Assembly (NCBI GenBank): GCA_963665295.1
Contig: OY762209.1
Coordinates: 2,720,001 to 2,784,000, forward strand
Length of the DNA stretch: 64,000 nucleotides
Source: Syntrophorhabdaceae bacterium
Lineage (GTDB): Bacteria; Desulfobacterota; Syntrophorhabdia; Syntrophorhabdales; Syntrophorhabdaceae
Direction of reading: 5' to 3'
Shown here: positions 28,813-40,300 of the stretch, in pieces
How the letters are laid out: each line of letters starts with the position of its first letter
How positions within the stretch are numbered: position 1 is the first letter of the stretch
Program-made: the position numbers and the translations under genes
The notes under the pieces: model-generated
The model's database searches: none
Told to the model about the DNA's origin: nothing
What the model saw: only the letters and a program-made list of their open reading frames with translations

Positions 28813-29520
28813 GTGAACCGCATTCTTATAATCGACGATGACGTGGGCCTTACGGAATTATTGACCGAGTATCTCGCATCGGAGGGTCTTGCAGTGGACT
28901 CCGTGCATGAGGGAGAGGGAGGGGTCCTGAAGGCGGTCTCGAACGAGTACGCACTCATAATCCTTGACGTCATGCTGCCCGGCATCACCGGATTCGAGGT
29001 CCTGAGCCGCATCCGGAGTTCATCCACGATCCCTGTCCTCATGCTCACCGCACGGGGAGACGACGTGGACCGGATCGTAGGACTTGAAATGGGGGCTGAC
29101 GACTATCTGGCGAAACCATTCAATTCGCGGGAATTGGTGGCCCGCATACGGGCAATCCTCCGGCGCGCAAAACGGGAGACGGGCGAGCCCCCTCAAAAGT
29201 CGCCTCCTTCCAGGGTTGTTGTCGATGATATCGAGATGGACCTGGGGACCATGGAGGTGTTGCGCCAGGGTGAACCGGTGGATCTCACTTCAGTGGAGTT
29301 CAAGCTTCTCGAGGTTTTGGCCCTGAGGGCCGGCATCATCCTCTCCAGGGAAGAACTGACCAGGGAAGTGCTCGGCAGATCGCTCTCACCCTACGACCGG
29401 AGCATAGACGTGCACGTGAGCAGACTCCGGAGAAAGCTGGGAAGCAGGCCCCAGGGAGGGGAACGCATCAAATCGGTGCGCAATTCCGGGTACATATACC
29501 TTCTTCATCAAGAGGTCTGA
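28813..29520 (+). CDS. OmpR-family response regulator (CpxR-like)
   Basis: IILDVMLP, GADDYLAKPF and DRSIDVHVSRLRRKL motifs. Confidence 0.93.
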   Translation: MNRILIIDDDVGLTELLTEYLASEGLAVDSVHEGEGGVLKAVSNEYALIILDVMLPGITGFEVLSRIRSSSTIPVLMLTARGDDVDRIVGLEMGADDYLAKPFNSRELVARIRAILRRAKRETGEPPQKSPPSRVVVDDIEMDLGTMEVLRQGEPVDLTSVEFKLLEVLALRAGIILSREELTREVLGRSLSPYDRSIDVHVSRLRRKLGSRPQGGERIKSVRNSGYIYLLHQEV

Positions 29521-29530
29521 CAGAGGGACA

Positions 29531-30916
29531 TTGATACGGCGACGGGGCATCTTCATCAAGATGTTTATCTGGTTCTGGCTGGTCATGACCGTGGTGATCG
29601 CCATAATCATCGCCCTCGACAGGCTCACCGAATCGGACGGGCGCGAGACGCCGCTCCACGATGCTGTGGGGGCGCCTCTGACCCACTATGGACACGTCGC
29701 GGTCGAACAGGCCGAATCGGGCGACCGGGAGGGTCTCGGCCGGACTATGGAGGCCATGAGGACCGTCGCCGGGATGAATGCCTTCCTCTTCGACGGCGCG
29801 CTCAGGGAGTTAAGGGGGGCCGCTCCCCCGGGAGAGGTGGTTGAATACGCGGAGAGGGCCTTGAAAAGGGGCAAAGCGGTCTTTGCCTTTTCTCACGCGA
29901 GGATCCTGGGCGCCATGGTGCTTGAGGGGAGAGAAGGGCGGCATTATGTGATCGTCGGGATGGTACCCGGCAGGGCCCCCGGTTCTTCCTGGGGAGGGGC
30001 GCTGTTCCTGCTGCCCCGGCTGGGGATTGCCCTCGTGATATCGTGCCTGGCCTGCTATCTCCTTGCCCGTTACCTCACGGTTCCCATTATCCGGCTCGGC
30101 AGTTCCGCGAGGCAGTTGGCGTCAGGGGACCTTACGGCGCGGATCAACCCTGCCTCAGGGAACAGGTGGGATGAGATAGGCGAATTGGCCCGCGACTTCA
30201 ACCTTATGGCCGAGCGCATTCAGCTCCTCCTCTCGTCGGAACGCAGGCTCCTGGGCAATATCTCCCACGAATTGCGCTCTCCTCTGGCGCGGCTCAACGT
30301 CGCCCTGGAACTCGCCAGGCGTCACTCCACGCCGGAGGCGGAGAAATCACTCGACCGGATTGAATGGGAGGCCGAGCGCCTGAACGATCTGATAGGACAG
30401 CTCCTCACCCTCACTCGTCTCGAAAGCAGTCTGGAGAATGCGAAACGAGAGGCGTTCGGTCTCGCGGATATGATCCGGGAGGTTGCGGACGACGCTGATT
30501 TCGAGGCCCAGAGTCTCAATAGGGCGGTAGGGTTCACGGAAGACGGGGACTGTGAGGTGACGGGGGTAAGGCAACTGCTCCGGAGCGCCGTGGAGAACGT
30601 GGTGCGAAACGCGGTCTGGTACACAGGGGAAGGCACGGAAGTGGAGATCAACCTTCGTTGTACGGCAGAGAAGGGTTCCCAACTGGCCCTGGTGACCGTA
30701 CGCGACCACGGCCCGGGCGTGCCGGAGGAAGCGCTCCCCCACCTTTTCCGGCCTTTTTATCGCGTGGATGGGGCCCTTGAGCGTCAGCCCGGAGGCGCGG
30801 GGCTCGGGCTTGCCATTACGGAGCGCGCCGTTCTTCTTCACGGGGGCACCGTGAGAGCATGGAACGCGATGGACGGGGGACTCGTCATCGAGATAGCCAT
30901 ACCCGCCAAAGGCTGA
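29531..30916 (+). CDS. HAMP-domain sensor histidine kinase (CpxA-like)
   Basis: Two TMs, HAMP, SHELRSPLARL, ENVVRNA, DHGPGV and GAGLGL. Confidence 0.93.
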   Translation: MIRRRGIFIKMFIWFWLVMTVVIAIIIALDRLTESDGRETPLHDAVGAPLTHYGHVAVEQAESGDREGLGRTMEAMRTVAGMNAFLFDGALRELRGAAPPGEVVEYAERALKRGKAVFAFSHARILGAMVLEGREGRHYVIVGMVPGRAPGSSWGGALFLLPRLGIALVISCLACYLLARYLTVPIIRLGSSARQLASGDLTARINPASGNRWDEIGELARDFNLMAERIQLLLSSERRLLGNISHELRSPLARLNVALELARRHSTPEAEKSLDRIEWEAERLNDLIGQLLTLTRLESSLENAKREAFGLADMIREVADDADFEAQSLNRAVGFTEDGDCEVTGVRQLLRSAVENVVRNAVWYTGEGTEVEINLRCTAEKGSQLALVTVRDHGPGVPEEALPHLFRPFYRVDGALERQPGGAGLGLAITERAVLLHGGTVRAWNAMDGGLVIEIAIPAKG

Positions 30917-30942
30917 TCATCTACCGCCTGCACGATCGGATC

Positions 30943-31620
30943 TTACCGGCTCAATATGATCCTCGCGTCCGCCACAATGCACCTCTCCTTGGAGCATATG
31001 ACGGGGTTGAGGTCGATGGATTCAATTCTCTCCCCGAGGTCCATCACCAACGCGGAGAAGCGTAGAAGCATACTGTAGAGGGCCTCCTCGTTTACGGGCT
31101 CGCTCCCCCGATACCCTTCGTAAAGCGGTCGGGCCCGAAGAGAGGCCATCATGGACCCTGCATCCTCCCGGGTAAGAGGGGCCATTCTGAGGGTAACGTC
31201 CTTATATATCTCAACCGCGGTGCCTCCGGCGCCGAGGAGAATAACAGGCCCGAACTGGTCGTCCAGTTTTGCCCCCGCAATGAGTTCCATGCCTTGTACC
31301 ATTTCTTCCACTATCACCCCTGTGGCGCCTTCTATCCTGCTCAGGCGCTCGAAGGCCCGCGTTAGTTCTCCGTCATCGGCGATGCCTGCCGCGACGCCAC
31401 CCACATCCGACTTGTGGATTATCCGGGGAGAAACGACCTTCGCCACCAGAGGATAACCGGTTGCACGGGCGAAGGCCGTAGCTTCTCCAAGGTCCCTGGT
31501 AAAGACGAAGCGGGTAACATCGATCTCCGCAAGGCCGAGAAGCGTCTTCGCCCCGGGCTCCATCACCCACCCGTCATCCTTTGCCGCCGACAGAACGCCG
31601 ATCATGTCGCTGGTTAGCAT
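30943..31620 (-). CDS. acdB: ADP-forming acetate/acyl-CoA ligase beta subunit (ATP-grasp)
   Basis: GYPLVAKVVSP.IIHKSDVGGV, FGPVI..G.GG and IDLNPV motifs. Confidence 0.85.
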   Translation of the reverse strand: MLTSDMIGVLSAAKDDGWVMEPGAKTLLGLAEIDVTRFVFTRDLGEATAFARATGYPLVAKVVSPRIIHKSDVGGVAAGIADDGELTRAFERLSRIEGATGVIVEEMVQGMELIAGAKLDDQFGPVILLGAGGTAVEIYKDVTLRMAPLTREDAGSMMASLRARPLYEGYRGSEPVNEEALYSMLLRFSALVMDLGERIESIDLNPVICSKERCIVADARIILSR

Positions 31621-32981
31621 CGTTTGTTCCTCCTTATTGCCTCCGCCATGTGCACCGCGGCATCCACGGAGTGACCCACGGGTATGCCGGTCGAGACAAA
31701 TCCTTCAATAAGGATCTGGTATTTCTCCACGTGGGGCACGTATGCGATGAGCGGCTTGCCTTCCTGCTGACACACCATGCCGAGCCTTGCCCCCAGATCC
31801 AGGGTGACCCCGGGGAGATAGGGAAGCACAAGGGCGAGGATGCAGTCGATGTCGTCCCTGCCGCTCAAGTACCTTGCAGCAGCGACAAAGTCGTCATCCA
31901 CCGAGCTTCCCGTGAGGTCGATGGGATTCGTGCATGTGGCAATCTCCCGTATGGGAGGGGAGAGGACCTGCCTCAACTCCGCCTTTTCCTTTTCATCCAG
32001 AGGAGGGACTTTCAGTCCCTGGGAGATGCAGGCATCAACGGCGAGGGCTCCGTGCCCGCCGCTTCCCGTAATGATACCGATGTTGCCCTCGAAGGGTGTA
32101 CGGTAGCAACTCAATGATTCGGCGAAGGAAACGAGCTCGAATTCGTCCTTGGCTTCGATGATGCCGTACTGAGCCATTACCGCGGAAAAGACTTCATAGT
32201 TGCCGGCCATGGACGCAGTGTGGCTGCTTACCGCCTTGGTTCCCGCAGCGGTCTTGCCGGATTTGAGGACTATTACGGGCTTTCCGCACTGAGAGGCAGC
32301 CATGGCGAATTCCCTTCCATCGTTCTTGTCGAATCCTTCCAGATAGAAGGCGATCACATCCGTGTCGGGATCATTGCCGAAATGCCTGACGAAGTCACAT
32401 TCCTTGACAAAGGCCTTGTTTCCGATGCTGATACCGGCGGAAAGGCCGACCATCTCGGCCGCACACAGGACCATATGGTCCACAAGGATGCCGCCGCTCT
32501 GGCTTATGAGGGCGACCCTTCCTTCACCGGGTTTGACCATCCGTTCGTTGGGCACGAAAAACGTGTCCATATAGGGCGGTGCGTAAATGCCGAGGCAGTT
32601 GGGCCCGATAAAGGGGAACTCTGCCTCCCGCGCCATGGAAACAAGGCGGTCCTGAAGCGCCGTCTGGCCGACCTCGGAAAAACCTCCCGACACCACCACG
32701 GCACCCTTGGCCCCGGCCCTGATACAGTCCTCCATGACCTTGGGCACAAACTCGGCCTTTGTGGCGATAACCGCCAGGTCCACCGGTTCGGGGATCTCCG
32801 TAATGTTCGTCCAGAGTTTTTCGCCCCGGAGAACGCCCCCGCGCTCGTTCACGCCGAAGACCTTCACCTTGTGGCGGAGGTGATTTTTCTGAAAGATCAC
32901 ATTTGCGGGGTGGTCATCCCTTGTGAGGGAGACCCCGATAACCGCCATCGTCCGGGGTTTCACTATGGTGCTTAAATCCAT
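31614..32981 (-). CDS. acdA: ADP-forming acetate/acyl-CoA ligase alpha subunit (CoA-binding)
   Basis: GPNCLG, SQSGG, SSHTASMAG (phospho-His) and NPIDLTG motifs. Confidence 0.85.
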   Translation of the reverse strand: MDLSTIVKPRTMAVIGVSLTRDDHPANVIFQKNHLRHKVKVFGVNERGGVLRGEKLWTNITEIPEPVDLAVIATKAEFVPKVMEDCIRAGAKGAVVVSGGFSEVGQTALQDRLVSMAREAEFPFIGPNCLGIYAPPYMDTFFVPNERMVKPGEGRVALISQSGGILVDHMVLCAAEMVGLSAGISIGNKAFVKECDFVRHFGNDPDTDVIAFYLEGFDKNDGREFAMAASQCGKPVIVLKSGKTAAGTKAVSSHTASMAGNYEVFSAVMAQYGIIEAKDEFELVSFAESLSCYRTPFEGNIGIITGSGGHGALAVDACISQGLKVPPLDEKEKAELRQVLSPPIREIATCTNPIDLTGSSVDDDFVAAARYLSGRDDIDCILALVLPYLPGVTLDLGARLGMVCQQEGKPLIAYVPHVEKYQILIEGFVSTGIPVGHSVDAAVHMAEAIRRNKRC

Positions 32982-33027
32982 GGCAACCTCCTTTTATGTC
33001 TTCAGTCCATGATGCCGGGACGGGGTG

Positions 33028-34455
33028 TCAGAACTTCACCCTTACCCGGTACGTAAGTTTCGTCTCTCCGTCCTTGCCCACGGGCACATCGAAGGAAACG
33101 GTGCGGGCATCTTCCTTCTTATATGCCTGCGATGCTTCCAGGACCTTCCAGTCCCCCGGGAGGGGTTCGACGACCTTGATAGTCACGCCCTCCTTTTTGT
33201 GGTTTCTCAGAGCGATCTCGAAGGCTACCTCGTAGGTGTCCTTTGAAATCTTTTCCCACTGGGTCTGTTTCCTTTTGGCTGCTATGTCAAAGGCGTAACC
33301 GAGCCTCGCCTTGATCAATTCGTCCTTGGGCGTATGCTCTATCCGGTCTTCGCCGATGAACTGGAGGCTGCCGTCGCTGTCGAGCTTGTACACCCTCATT
33401 GTCCCTTTCGGCAGGGGCATGCCGAGGTTGTTATCCTTCTTGTTCACTAGTTCCACGAAGACGGAGACCTTTTCCTTTGAAACAGGGTCCTCGTAGCGGC
33501 TCTGGAAATAGTAGGACGCGCCCCGGTATTCGAATTGTTTTTTCACGGGGATGTTCCCGGCATCGAGAAAACTTATCTGTTTGGTCTGGTTTTCCCGGAG
33601 CGTGGTCCGTCTGTCAAGTTTGTAAATGTGATACTCGAAGAAAGACTCTTCCCGGAATTGAGGCGCGGCCCCGGCCATAGCCCTGTCGGACTTGTACAAT
33701 GCCGGTGCCGGACGGGGCTGCTCGACCCGGTGGATGTCTCCTGCCACGAGTTTAAGCCGGGCGTCTTTATAGGGAGCGCCGCTTTTGTTGTCGATGGTCA
33801 CCCACCCGGAAAGGTCGGCCAAGGTATCTTTCTCATTGAGAAGGAGTACGTAATCCGCCTGCCACGTGATCCCGTTGGTGAGATAAAGGGCCTCGATCTC
33901 CCGGGGGCCGCTCGTCTTGCTCGCAAGGAGCCATACGAGGGTCGGTTTGGGAATGAGATTTTCCGGAAGACGGGGGAATATGATTCTTCCCGGGTGATTG
34001 AAAGTGATCTCATCGCCTATCTTGAAGACAGGCACTCCTCCATCGTTCGACAGGATCGTCGCCGCGACGATCTCCTCCTTGTCGGTATAGGGGTTTTTCG
34101 TCACGAGCTTTACCTCCTTGCCCACGTACTTGTCGCGGAGCTTCGAGGGATTCAGGAGGTCATACTCATAATTCTGCTCCAGCACCGACAGTCCGTCCTG
34201 GGCGGAGAGGGACCTGATGCTCACGCTCGCCGGTATAACCTGGGACGCTACATCCATGAACCTCAGTTCCTGGGTGCCCTTCGCAAGACTGATCCTTCTT
34301 AAGTCCTTTACGAGCCCGATATTGCTGTTGTAGACCGTGACTTCAACGGCTGTCTGGTCCCTGAGATCCGTCGAACGGGTCTCTGCGGCGTCTGCCGGTC
34401 CCCCGGCAAAGGTGAGGAGGGCGATCAGGAGTGCGGCGTGGAATAACTGTTTCAT
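33028..34455 (-). CDS. Exported DUF4139-domain protein
   Basis: Signal peptide, VTVYNSNIGLVKD, EQNYEYDL, W.ADY and LGMPLPKG motifs. Confidence 0.85.
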   Translation of the reverse strand: MKQLFHAALLIALLTFAGGPADAAETRSTDLRDQTAVEVTVYNSNIGLVKDLRRISLAKGTQELRFMDVASQVIPASVSIRSLSAQDGLSVLEQNYEYDLLNPSKLRDKYVGKEVKLVTKNPYTDKEEIVAATILSNDGGVPVFKIGDEITFNHPGRIIFPRLPENLIPKPTLVWLLASKTSGPREIEALYLTNGITWQADYVLLLNEKDTLADLSGWVTIDNKSGAPYKDARLKLVAGDIHRVEQPRPAPALYKSDRAMAGAAPQFREESFFEYHIYKLDRRTTLRENQTKQISFLDAGNIPVKKQFEYRGASYYFQSRYEDPVSKEKVSVFVELVNKKDNNLGMPLPKGTMRVYKLDSDGSLQFIGEDRIEHTPKDELIKARLGYAFDIAAKRKQTQWEKISKDTYEVAFEIALRNHKKEGVTIKVVEPLPGDWKVLEASQAYKKEDARTVSFDVPVGKDGETKLTYRVRVKF

Positions 34456-34494
34456 CGGTTTAACCTCCATCGTGTTATTGTGGATCAAGCCTGT

Positions 34495-37329
34495 TCATAC
34501 GTGACAAAGGAGATTGAAAGGGCAGGCGGAACAGGCAAGGTCATCGAAGGGCTTGAAAGGCACGGACCTGTCGAGAATGTGTCCGAGCACCGTGCTCACG
34601 CCCTCCATGTACTTCTCCTCAACGGATTCCCTTTCCTCCGGGGCCGCGGTTTTAAACAGCATTTCTTCCCGGTTGTTCTTAAGGAATATAAGCTTTGCAT
34701 TCACCTTTTGTGAAGAAGAAGGATGGTTCCCGCGAAAAAGAGTGATATAGACGGGAAGTTGAAAGGTGACGCCCTGTCCGTGGATATCCGCCATGGAACG
34801 GAAATCGGTCTTTAAAAAGGTCCCGCGGGAATACTGCCCGGCGCCCCCGGTCTTGTAATCTATTATGGTGAATTCGTCCTTTTCAGGGCAGAAGTCGATC
34901 CGGTCAACGCGCCCTTTCAGCCGCACCGAAACATCCCCCGCCTGGAACGGGGATTCGAAGGCCTGCTCAAGGTACTTCACGATGAAAGGATTTTCCGTTT
35001 CTCCCACATTTTTTCTGAGGAAGGAGTCGAGTTTGAAGGCCGCGATCTTCTTGAAGAGATAGAATTCTCCTGTAATGACCTTGTGCCTGAATTCCCTCTC
35101 CAGGGCTTCCGACATAAGGGCTGCCAGGGCTCCATGCGCGGAACGGTCAATCTCCTTGTCCTTAAAAGGCTCAAAAGTTTCGAAGAGGACCTGGTGGATG
35201 ATTTTCCCCCGGTCCATGGCATCGATATCTTCGGTAACCTCCTTTCTTTCCTCGAACTTCAGAACCCGGCTGAAGTAGAACGACACAGGACATCGTATAT
35301 ACGCGTCCATATCAGATGGCGAGTAGGTCCTCGCAAGGAGCGCCTCGTATATCTCGTCCGATTTTCGGATCTCGGGCAGTCTTCCTTGCGGCGCCAACCT
35401 TATGGGAAAGGACGTGGCGTCCACCTCGATGACATCGAGGGCTTTCTTCTCTTTCTCCGCTTCCCAGATGATCTGTTCTATATATCTGCTCCTGGGCCTG
35501 TCCTCGGCATCGACGTAGAGGAGGTGGACGTGCTTTGCCGATTTCACGAGGCGGTAGAAGTAATACCGGTAGATTTCCTCGTTATGCTCGGGCGAGGGTA
35601 TGCCGAGTTTCTCATAAACGCCCAGGGGGACAAGGGGATCGATCTTCCTCGGCTGGGGCATGATCCCTTCGTTCGCGTCGAGCATGATCACCGTATCGAA
35701 ACGGATGCTCCTCGATTCGAGGACCCCTATGATCTCGAGAGGCTCAACGGGCCGCGTCTCGAAGGGAAGGGTGGCCGACTTCATAAACTGAAGGAGGAAT
35801 CCGCACACGGTCTGCCTGTTCCCTTTTTCGTTCCTGTCGAATATTTCCCTGCTGAACCTTGTTTCCCGCACTCTTTCAAGCAACTCGAAGGTACGGGTGA
35901 ATATCTCGCCGGAAAGCACGTAGGAGCGCACAGGGGTGTTTCTGAGGACGAAATCGAGCAACTGTTCGAGTTTTCCCGCGAATCCGTAAAGGGTTGTTTC
36001 GCTTTCGAAGGACCGGAAAAAGAGATCATGTACTTCCCTGAGGGCTGTCACGGCCCCCTGGGCGACAACGAGGGCGGCCCCGTCCCTTACGCTCAAGGCC
36101 TGGGCGGCATTCTCCATCTCTCCGAGGGTGACAAAAGCCTTGTGCGCCACCGTAAGCCCCGGTATTTCCCCTGCGAGCGCCCTTTCCAGGGCGAGAAGGA
36201 GGGTCCTCAAGCCTTCGTGGAGGTTAAGATTTTTTACAAAGGGGTGGAGCATTACCTTGAGATATGACTTTACAGGGTAGAGGGTGCGGTCTCTCTTCGT
36301 AGTCTGGCTGTTGATCACGTTGGAGATGAGGTCGAAGACCGGTGTCCGCATGAGGGGGTAGCCGAGGGATATGTTATACCGGGTATCGATGCCGTCGATT
36401 GCGAAGGTGAGGAGGGGAAAGAGCGCCTCCGACAGGGGAAGGACTACCGCGGTCTTTTCGGACTCCGTCCGCTCCAGAATGGTGAGGACCTTCAGGGCCT
36501 CCGCGTGGGTATCGAAACCGGAATAGAGTCTCACCCTCTCGGGAGACCTGGTTTCCACGGGGATCTTCTCCACTTTTGCGCCGAAATGGGCTACGAGGTC
36601 CTTGAGTATCCTCCACTCTTCCACATCCCCTTCGAAGATGATGTCCCCGGTGCCCCGCTCCCAGAAGTGCTTCGTGACCTTTTTCTCGACGCCCGTCATT
36701 CCGAAAATACCCGCAAAATAAATATGCTCGAATTCGTCGAAGCCGGATTTATCGAGGGCGGCCGCCGTCAGGATACACTTGTATCCCCTGGTGAAGAGGT
36801 GTTCTTCGTCAAGTATGGAGTGGAAGCGCTCCCTCAGGAGGCTGATATTCACGAGGAGGTCGTTGATGCTCTCCGGGACGTCGTAACCGAGTTCCGCGTT
36901 CTTTTCAAGGGAATGGAGCTTCGCCGAGGAGATGTTCTCCGCATCGATCTGGTCTATGAAGGAGAAAAGGTATTGTCCCCAATAATAGAACCTGTCGAAA
37001 CCTTTTTGTCTGAGCGGGTGGTTGCGAAAGGGTTCAAGGGATTCGACTGCCTGGTAAAGAAGCCAGATAGCGTCATTGTATTCCAGGTCCGTAAAGGTAG
37101 GGTAGAAGGCCCCTGCCATGTGGTCGGTAAAGGTGTCAACGGAAAAGAATCCCGGGGCGTAAAACGGGCGGCCGAGTTTTTCCGATAGTCTTCTTCTCAG
37201 GTAGAGGGCCGGTCTTTTGCCGGGGAAGACCACCGCGAGGCGATCGAGGGGTATTTCATCCTTGAGGATGAAGGCACTGAGCCCGTCTATGAAATCTGCT
37301 CCGAAGGGTATGGAGTAGAGCGGCCTCAC
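34495..37329 (-). CDS. addB: AddB-like PD-(D/E)XK nuclease subunit with Fe-S cysteines
   Basis: FPGKRP, YIRCP, GRVDRID..IIDYKTG and C-terminal CSACPFNLLC; overlaps the addA stop. Confidence 0.8.
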   Translation of the reverse strand: MRPLYSIPFGADFIDGLSAFILKDEIPLDRLAVVFPGKRPALYLRRRLSEKLGRPFYAPGFFSVDTFTDHMAGAFYPTFTDLEYNDAIWLLYQAVESLEPFRNHPLRQKGFDRFYYWGQYLFSFIDQIDAENISSAKLHSLEKNAELGYDVPESINDLLVNISLLRERFHSILDEEHLFTRGYKCILTAAALDKSGFDEFEHIYFAGIFGMTGVEKKVTKHFWERGTGDIIFEGDVEEWRILKDLVAHFGAKVEKIPVETRSPERVRLYSGFDTHAEALKVLTILERTESEKTAVVLPLSEALFPLLTFAIDGIDTRYNISLGYPLMRTPVFDLISNVINSQTTKRDRTLYPVKSYLKVMLHPFVKNLNLHEGLRTLLLALERALAGEIPGLTVAHKAFVTLGEMENAAQALSVRDGAALVVAQGAVTALREVHDLFFRSFESETTLYGFAGKLEQLLDFVLRNTPVRSYVLSGEIFTRTFELLERVRETRFSREIFDRNEKGNRQTVCGFLLQFMKSATLPFETRPVEPLEIIGVLESRSIRFDTVIMLDANEGIMPQPRKIDPLVPLGVYEKLGIPSPEHNEEIYRYYFYRLVKSAKHVHLLYVDAEDRPRSRYIEQIIWEAEKEKKALDVIEVDATSFPIRLAPQGRLPEIRKSDEIYEALLARTYSPSDMDAYIRCPVSFYFSRVLKFEERKEVTEDIDAMDRGKIIHQVLFETFEPFKDKEIDRSAHGALAALMSEALEREFRHKVITGEFYLFKKIAAFKLDSFLRKNVGETENPFIVKYLEQAFESPFQAGDVSVRLKGRVDRIDFCPEKDEFTIIDYKTGGAGQYSRGTFLKTDFRSMADIHGQGVTFQLPVYITLFRGNHPSSSQKVNAKLIFLKNNREEMLFKTAAPEERESVEEKYMEGVSTVLGHILDRSVPFKPFDDLACSACPFNLLCHV

Positions 37330-40300
37330 AGGGTCTCCAGCCTGTTTTCGTCAATGTAGAGGAGGTGTTTCGCCACGGGCCTGTCCTTGTGAATTTGCTC
37401 CAGGAGGCGTCCATAGTTGCGTATCTGCTCCACGTGTTCCTTGCTCCGGGTCTCGCCGGTCTTGAAGTCGATCACGTCCACGCGGTCCTCCCGGATCACT
37501 ATGCGGTCCGCCTTGTACGCTTCACCTCTCTTATCCACGATCTCCTTTTCCGTATATACGGTGCTGCCGTTTCCTGGGAGGAAGAAACTTCTGAACGGTC
37601 CGTAACTGAAGAAGCGGGTCATCATGTCCCGGATCTCCTTCTCGTGGCTCGAAAGCCCGAAGCGCAGGACCCCCTGACGTATCGCGTTGTTGAGGACCGT
37701 ATCGTCGCCCTCGGGGAAATAGGGGATAAGGGAGAGGATGAAATGAATCACATCCCCTTTTTTCTTTGCTGAGACTTGTTCCCTCGAACAGCTTTCGGAA
37801 GGCTCGAACTTGCCGCGCACCTTTTCGAGCCACCTGAGCTGTCCTGTTTCGCCGAAACGGGGAGCCTCCCATGGGGAAGGAGCCGGACTTTCTCTCAAGG
37901 AGGGTCGGGTGCCGTCGTATTCCTTCTTCCGCCCCATCTCCAGGATACTGCCTCGCGCGAAGGGCTTGAGTTTCTCCAGGACAAAGAGGTAATCGATGAA
38001 GTAATTCTTCTGCCTTTTGGAATCGGCAAGGATTATATAGAGTTCCTTTTCGGCACGGGTGCATGCCACGTAGGCGCTATTGATTTCATCGATCAGGTAC
38101 TCCGTCTCTTTTTCGAGATAGATGTCCCTCAACTTCGGCGAATAATCGATATATTCCCTCTTGATCTGAAGGAGCTTCAGACCCACCTCGTCCGCCACGA
38201 AGAATTTACCCTTTTCCCTCCTGTCCGAAGCGCCGAAATCGGCGAGTTTCAGGAAGGGGAGGATTACCACGGGGAATTGGAGCCCCTTTGCCTTGTGGAC
38301 GGTGAGCACCCGGACGGCGTTCGCCCCCTCCGTTGTCTTGAGGAGGAAAGGCGTCTCGTCTTCCTGTTCATCGCCGAAAGCCGAGCCGCCGCCCCCTCTC
38401 CAGAATTGGAGGAAGCCGGTAAGGTTGTTGCTTCCCAGGCCCTCCCTCTTCTTGATCAACTCACATACATGGAGAAAGTAGGGGGCATCCTTGGGAAATC
38501 GGCTTAATATGGCCCAGCGCTTGAGGATCAGGACAAAAAGCTCGTAGAGGGGGAGGTATCCCGCGCTCTTGAAAAAGGTGGCGAAATATTCATCCCACAG
38601 GACGGGATGGGAGCGCTGAAAAGCCCGGTAGAGGGGGGTTGAACCACCATGCAGACGTCTGACAGTAATCCACTGGATAATCTCGTTCCGCCTGGCGGGG
38701 GAGACTTCCTTCATAATCGTGCCCGTGAGGAACCCTGCAAGGGCTGCGTCGTCGTGGGGCGTGCCGAGGAACTGGAGAAGGCCGATCATCTCTTTTATGA
38801 GGGGGTTGTTCTTTACGTTGACCGTGAATTCCGAGTCCACGCTTATTCCCGCTTCAAGGAGCTTTTTTACGATCAACTCCGCCTCCTGCCTCCTTCTCAC
38901 AAGAACAGCGACATTGCGGTCCTCGTATATCCCGCGGGCCCTTATTTCCTTGACCATGGCCTCGACTTTTTCCGCGACGAGCCGGTTGCGCGTCTCCCTG
39001 GAAAATGTCTCGTCGGATTCAGTCTCCTCAGTGTCTTCGCAGAGCTTCTCCACGTATACGTATCCATCCCCTTTCTTTGCGTCGAGGCATTGCTGGCCCG
39101 ACCCCTGGTAGGTTTCGAGTATCCTGAGCCAGCCCGCGGGGATCTCCGGTTTTGCGAAACTTGCGAGGAGGCGCATGATATTGCCCGTATCGAAGACCTC
39201 GTTGTTAAAGGCTATCACGTGCTCTCCGCTCCGGTAGTTGATATCGAGGCAGAGCGGGTACATTGCGTATGACGGATAGGAACCGGCAATCTCATCCACC
39301 AGCTCCGCTTTTCCGCCACGCCAACGGTATATGGCTTGTTTCTTGTCGCCCACGAGAAAGAGGGTGCCGCCCCTGCTCAGGGCTTCGTCCGCGAGGACGC
39401 CGATGTTCTTCCATTGGAGGTGGTTTGTGTCCTGGAATTCGTCGATAAGGAAATGGGAGTACCGCTCGGCAAGGGCATAGTATATCTCCGGGATAAAATG
39501 TTTCCCGCAGATCACGTCCTGGAGCAGCTTGTTCAACTCTTCGATGAGGATGAGCCGTTGGCGGTAGGTAACCTCTCCTCTCAGGCGGTCCTTGAAAAGC
39601 CTGTAGACTTCCAGATAGGAGGAAAACTTGGTCTCCGCCATGCCTTCCACCAGGAGGGCGATGAGGCCCCTGATATCTTTCCAGGCCTCTTCGGCCTCTC
39701 CGTCCGCCTCCGCGCTCCCCTTATTGAGGGATTGGGCGATTGTCTTTCTCCTGAAACAGGCGCTCCCCTTGAAGCCGGTCTTATCCACGGCGGAAAGGTT
39801 GGTGAGGGCGTTGACGAAGTCTTTTCGGGGCTTCAGGCCCTCCGCTTTCAGAAGGTGCGCGAGGAGCGCCGCCGATGCCGCGGCGATTCCCTTGCGGAGG
39901 CCGTCAACCCTTTCAAGTCCCCCATCGACGAGAAACTCTTTGTTCTCCTTGGCCTCCTCTTTCCAGAATCGGTAGACCGTGTCCGTAAGGAACCTCTTCG
40001 GCACCCACGCGGTGTTCTCGCCCTCGATCTCCACATAGGACCGGAGAAAGGCGTCGAAGGTTCTCCTCACGTCGGTGTTCTCAAGGATTTCCTGGAGGAC
40101 CTCCTGGACCACGGCGTCCACGTAGAGGGCCGATTCGGTGGATATCTCGAAATCGGGCGGCAGGCCCAGCTTGAAGGCCGATGCCTTCAATGTGAGGTTC
40201 ACGAAGCTGTCTATGGTGCCGACCTTGAAGTCGTAGAAATTCTTTATCAGGTCTTCGAAATCCGCCTCCACGGAACGCATGATCTCCGCCCTCTGTTTCT

